Part shown: positions 43,409 to 48,111 of the stretch, piece after piece
Layout: each line of letters begins with the position of its first letter
Numbering within the stretch: the first letter of the stretch is position 1
From: Thraustochytrium aureum
Taxonomy: Eukaryota
Assembly (NCBI GenBank): GCA_012862495.1
Contig: BLSG01000237.1
Span: 10,762-58,872 of the forward strand
Length of the DNA stretch: 48,111 bases
Direction: 5' to 3'
Made by a program: the position numbers and the translations under genes
The notes under the pieces: model-generated
Told to the model about the DNA's origin: nothing
Seen by the model: the letters and a program-made list of their open reading frames with translations, nothing else
Database searches by the model: none

Positions 43409-45745
43409 TGATGCCTTCACAAGTTTGTCCTTCTCACGGAGCCAAGACTTCACGCCGCTGTCGTCCACATCCTCGATCCAGTTGAGCGCGGGGGTAAAGT
43501 CGCGCGCCGTGCTGACGAGGCGAATCGCGTCATGCGGGAGGCCCAAGTTTGAGCTTACCGCTTGCAGTGTCGTCATAATGGCATTGGTGAACTCGACGTC
43601 ATTGTGCGCGACAACGCCATAAAGCGGGTCCGACCTGTTTGGGTCGTCGACGTGCAGACTCTGAAGCAGATTGCTGGCCCAGTTGTCGTGGCCTTCCTGG
43701 CGCGAGACTTGCAGAAGCTGGCGCTCGAATTTGTCGCTGGCCTTGAGCAGGTCGGCGCGGAGCTTCGCTTTGCACACTCGCTGCCCTGACACCTGCAGTG
43801 CATCGCCGTCATCCCAAACCTGCGGCATGCGCGTCTCGAGCCGCCCCCGCATTTGCCTTTTGAAGGAGAGAAGCTGGGCGAACGAAAGGAGCTTGCCCTC
43901 GGCGGTCGGGTCGGTTTGCAAGTAGCCGACGTGCTCTTTGACCTTGTTCGCCATGTCGGCCACGTTTGAGTCCACTCCGAGACGGACGAGTTCTCCACAA
44001 ACAGCCAGTCGGAGCGCGAAGACGAGCGCTGCCAGAACCTTGGTGATGACCAGCCCAGGGCGCCAGAGACCACTCTTTTTGTCGACGATGAGGCAAAAGA
44101 GAGTATTTGTGAACAGCATGTCGTCTCTGCTTGCAAGGATACTGTCCCCGTGCTTCACCAAGCTGATCAGGACCTCGTGGATGGCGATGACGACGCTGCT
44201 CTGCTTGTCCGAAAGCTCGCCAGGCGGCGGGGTTTGCAAAGCGCTTTCGCTCTGGAGCTGTATTCCCCACCTAGCGTATCTCTTCGAGCCACGCGTTCGG
44301 ATCAGTTCGACGCCGTCACGCTGGTTTTCCTCAGTGTCGTCCTCTTCAAGCGCATCCTCGTCCTCGTCGCTCTCTGACTCCACCTCTTCCTCCAGCGCCT
44401 CGTCCAGCACGCCCCCCGTCTGCATCTCCTCCTCCTCCTCCTCTTCCTCCTCCTCCTCCTCTTCCTCGCTGTCGTGCGCTTGAAGGAGCTCGTCGATCAC
44501 CCTGTAGGCGGTCTGCGCCACATGAGCAGCTTCACGCGTTAGGCTGCCAAACGCGACTGGCGCGACGCCGTTGACATTCACAATTGCCGAGCGAAGCCGC
44601 TCAACCGCGTACTTGACTGCATAGCCGGCTCCGTTACGGCAGAGCACGTCAGACGGAAGTTGCAACAGGACGAGCAAGATCTCGACGATGGCCGCAGAGT
44701 ACTGCTCAAAGGACCGGGTCTGCCGAAGTGGCACAAACGACTTGATGCGCCCTCCTGACGCTGCTTGAAAGCTCTCCGCGCCGCCCACAAGCATGTTCGG
44801 CTCCAGAACTGCGCGCATCACGGGAAATGGCAACACGCTCGAAGCCTTGCTCGTCTGCAGCATCCAGCGCACCGAAGCTAGCATCAGCGTGTCTTGCGCG
44901 CTCGAGGCTAGCTCGCCGCCAAGATGCCGCACGACGCCTTTCGGGTCGCGCAGAATTCCCACGCCGCCAACTCCCAGCGCGACCTGCCAGCTCTGCATCT
45001 GACGGTGGTCCTCGGTCATGAGCTCGTTCTTCTCGTCAACTGCAAGGCCGAGCCCGACCAGCTGTTGACCCATTTCCAAGCTGTCTGTGTACACGGTACA
45101 ACTTGTCCACGTCGATGAGCCGTTCTCTTCGCAAACCTGGAAGAGAGCTTGGTGCAGGTCAACGTGCTGCGCCAGGACAATCTTGGCGTCAATCGTAACT
45201 CGGCCGTGTCGGGCAGTATGATGTGCTCGAGCTTTCTCAAGTGTTCGCGCCACGTGGTAGCAGCCCTCTTTTGGGCAGGCAAAGCCCTCGAGCAGGCGCA
45301 AGCCTTCAAAGGCCGTGTGAATCTGGTTGGCTTTTGGCAAGCCAGCGCGTCTGGAGCCGATAGCCTCAAGGTAGGCCCCCATTTCTTTCTTCCACTTCGG
45401 GACGAGACCTTCGCTACTCATGCTTGCATGGTAGACTCGGAGGTGCTTTCGCATCGAAGCCAGGCTTGCGCTAAAACTTGTGCCGCACTCGAGGCAAACT
45501 GGTCTGCCAAGGCGCGTATTCGAGCGCGAACATTGGGATGCGTGAGCTCGGCACAAGCTCTCCCCTGCTTTCACTTTCGCCGCGCCTGAAAACAGCACCA
45601 ACCTGGTCGCTGCTTGTAGCCATCCTGCTTTGCCCAGGCGCTTGCTCTCGCGCGACAGTCGCTTTGGGTCGAGCTCGCAGAGCCGGTGTCTGCTGCCCTG
45701 CTCTGCTGGGCGGCGCTCGTCAGAGGCAGCTAGGTAGCAGCTCAC
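43409..45745 (-). mobile_element. Large ORF resembling the DUF3505 (OrsD) Zn-finger N-terminal half of fungal telomere-linked-helicase-type elements; 3' part falls in the gap and looks degenerate
   Basis: 'PVCLECG......M.KHLR..H', 'FEGL.L..GF.C....C.H.......AH....HG', 'V.AQ......FQV', an acidic tract, 'L.VD...G.WR.....T..LAALV...RL.V', 'SF..LL..KR', 'V.W..D.L...G..V...LR', 'L..DD'. Confidence 0.5.
44340..44470. repeat. (CTC)n / acidic low-complexity tract encoding poly-Glu on the minus strand
   Basis: ctcctcctcctcctcttcctcctcc runs, translated as EEEEEEEEEEEEEE. A similar (CTT)n tract lies at ~42483-42525. Confidence 0.85.
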
Positions 45746-46362
45746 GCCTCGCGAATCCGCGAGACCAACCGTTGGCTCGCTCGCCCGCGCGGCGCTCTTG
45801 CTTCAAAACACATGCCGCCGTGCCGCAGCTCACCAGCCACGAAGAGGCCGTGCTGCGGGGCTCGTTTTGTTCGCCCCATCACCATCACATCATTCATGAT
45901 CACACATGATCACCGCGTTGTGTGGTTTGATGAATACTCCTAGTACGTGGAGACCGCTGCTGGTGGCATGATGAACCGCGGCAGAAACGGGCATCCACAG
46001 CGCAAACAGGAAGGCAAGCCCCGGCGAAGGCCCTGCCGGCACAAAACATACGCGAAACTAAAGTCAAGAACGTAAGTAGTACGTAGAAGCCCGCGAAGCG
46101 ATCGATCGACCTCGCAGTAGAGTACCGCTGAGCAGCATCTCCAGGAGGAGATGTTCTCTCCGCCATCCCCAAAACCACTACATAGATTGCTCTGGACGGA
46201 GGAATGTGTGGCGTGCGCGCGGCTCACGGCGGTTGCACCGGGTTGTGTGCTGCTCTCTACTAGAGCTAGCTATCAGAACGGGTCCACTCTCTCCCGGTCG
46301 TCGAGGAGCCTGTCGTAGGTCGCGTCGCCGCCTGCACCGTCCTGCGAGCGGCAACTGCACAG

Positions 46363-47775
46363 CTAAAGGATGACCGTCAGCGAGCCATGCTGAAGAAACG
46401 CGACCAGCAAGCCTCGGACTTGCAGGGTCGGGTGACGCACGGGGGCAATTTGGACAAACCCAGCGCCAGTTAGCGCAGCCAGCGCCTCGGCACGAACCGG
46501 CGAAGAGAACGAGTGCGTCAAGTCGAGGAACGCTAGCTGACACTCTGGGCCCAGCGTGGCGACGTGGCCAAGAATCGCGCTAGCCTGGTCGTCCAACGCG
46601 CAGCCTGCAGCCTCGATAGCGCGAACCCTGCAACACGCCACCAGCACCGGGACCAGCTCAAGGCCGCGGTTGTGCGAAGCAACGACGTGGTCGATACGCG
46701 AGTTGCGCGGCACGATCTCACACAGAAAGCGCTGCAATTCGGTCGCCCCAACTTCGGATACCACGCTGCGCAAGTCCAGGTACGGGAAGGGCGAGGAGAG
46801 AATTGCTTGCTCGAGCGGCGCGAGCGAGCCGAGCCCTTCTTCGGTCAGGTGAAGGCGCAGCGGCTTGGCTCGCCACAGCTGATCTAGTCCGCCCCCACAC
46901 CCGTTGTAGTCGGCCGCCGCGAGCGCCTGGTCGAGCGCAGAGGCGGCGCTGTCGGCAGCTCCCGTGCGCCCCGTGGCCCGGATCGTTCCTTTGGCCCGGC
47001 CGGCGCCATGGTAGATCCAGCGGCAGGGCTCGCAGTTGGTGTTAAAGTGCTCATTGTCGCAGATTAGCACCTTGTGGTTGCCGCGCGAACCTGGTGAGCG
47101 CCAGTTGCCCTTCGCGTGCTCGGCGAAAATGAAAGGGAACTGCACTGCAAGCAGGTGCTCGATCTGCGACTGCTCGTGAAAAGACCTGGACAGCGTGGCA
47201 GGCTCGCTGTTTTGCGCAAAGGCCCATAGGTCGCTAAAGAGCTTGCGTGACCAAGCCGTGTTGCGCACGAGCAGGACCCCCGCATTTATGCGGCACTGTT
47301 TGGTCAGGTCCTTGGCGACGACGAGGTCGTGGGTCGGCTGGACGCGCAGGTCGCTGAGGACCTGCTGCAGCGTGCGGTCCTTGTGCACAACAAACGCGTC
47401 TGCGTCGATCCAAACGACCCAGTCGTGGGCGCGCTCCGCCAGCACGTTGGCGATGACGCGCGTTTTGCACCAGGACAGTGACGGTCGCCTGCAAAACTTA
47501 ACGAGCCGCAGCATTTCCCAGGCCATCATCACCTCACACCGTGCGTCGTGCCCGTGCATTTTGGCGTACTCCTCGTTTTGCCGCCAGCACTGGTGCCCCA
47601 GCACGTAGTCGCCCGAGAACGCGCTTACAATGCACACTCGCTTGCCGACGCAGGTCTCCTGGAGCGGCCTGCCGCGACGGTGGCTTGGCGACCGCATCGC
47701 CGCCCCCATACCTCGCCCTCGCTTCTGGGGGCGCAGGCGGGCCGCCTTGGGCGCCTCCGGCGTGCTCCTCGACAA
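46363..47775 (-). CDS. GT34 (GMA12/MNN10-like) glycosyltransferase fused to a C-terminal RNI-like LRR segment; true start uncertain
   Basis: 'N..YA..HG', 'SW.K...I', 'DWVVWIDADAFV' (DxD motif), 'INAGVLLVRNT.WS..LF', 'HEQS', 'WIYHGAG'. The C-terminus has 'YLDLR', 'IDHVVASHNRGL', 'IEAAGCAL', 'LAFLDLT'. Confidence 0.8.
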   Translation of the reverse strand: MSRSTPEAPKAARLRPQKRGRGMGAAMRSPSHRRGRPLQETCVGKRVCIVSAFSGDYVLGHQCWRQNEEYAKMHGHDARCEVMMAWEMLRLVKFCRRPSLSWCKTRVIANVLAERAHDWVVWIDADAFVVHKDRTLQQVLSDLRVQPTHDLVVAKDLTKQCRINAGVLLVRNTAWSRKLFSDLWAFAQNSEPATLSRSFHEQSQIEHLLAVQFPFIFAEHAKGNWRSPGSRGNHKVLICDNEHFNTNCEPCRWIYHGAGRAKGTIRATGRTGAADSAASALDQALAAADYNGCGGGLDQLWRAKPLRLHLTEEGLGSLAPLEQAILSSPFPYLDLRSVVSEVGATELQRFLCEIVPRNSRIDHVVASHNRGLELVPVLVACCRVRAIEAAGCALDDQASAILGHVATLGPECQLAFLDLTHSFSSPVRAEALAALTGAGFVQIAPVRHPTLQVRGLLVAFLQHGSLTVIL

Positions 47776-48111
47776 GTCCTGCGTCCATGGCCGGCCGGGC
47801 TTGCGTCGCCGGCCTCAAAATCAACCCGGGCGACGCGCAGAAACCCGCTCGCGCTCAAAAGCGCCTCGCCCGGGCTGCAGCAGCGCTGCTCAGCGAGCGG
47901 CAGGAGCAGCGCTGGCGACAGAGGACGCCGGCGCTGTGTGGCGGCGGCGGTCTCTTGCAGGCTCTGCGCACAACCAGCAAACACCAAGCGTGGCAAAACC
48001 CTCTGGGCCTGTTCACTTTATATTTCAGGGCGGACTGAGAGCTCTTGTGCGGAACAAGGAGCAATTCGCGAAAGGCATGCACGCCGGACGAGCTCGCCTC
48101 CGTCGTTGTCC

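Overview
This is a GC-rich, gene-dense, intron-poor eukaryotic scaffold from a draft assembly, with several N-gaps and many apparent single-base indel frameshifts. Gene content and style suggest a protist, plausibly a stramenopile or thraustochytrid, but that is inference only. Recognisable housekeeping genes are APC6/CDC16 (partial), RPL13A, PEX1, NDUFA12, a DAG-lipase-like class 3 lipase and a TrmH-type methyltransferase. Also present are GT4 and GT34 glycosyltransferases and a cluster of three membrane-anchored trypsin-fold genes, one active and two pseudo-proteases. The most striking locus (39075-34748, minus strand) is a ~1400-aa LRR protein ending in an IpaH/SspH/SlrP-type NEL E3 ubiquitin ligase domain with an intact C-x-D motif. 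It carries a canonical spliceosomal intron and may have a U-box-like tail, so it looks like a bacterial-effector-type ligase encoded as a genuine eukaryotic gene. Other oddities are a triple-repeat + pseudo-3'-5' exonuclease + Ycf45-like AAA gene, a stand-alone BRD4 C-terminal-motif-like protein, a large ORF resembling fungal DUF3505/telomere-linked-helicase elements, and a recurrent (CTAG)n/AGCT motif downstream of gene 3' ends. All family calls come from motif recognition by eye; no database searches were run.
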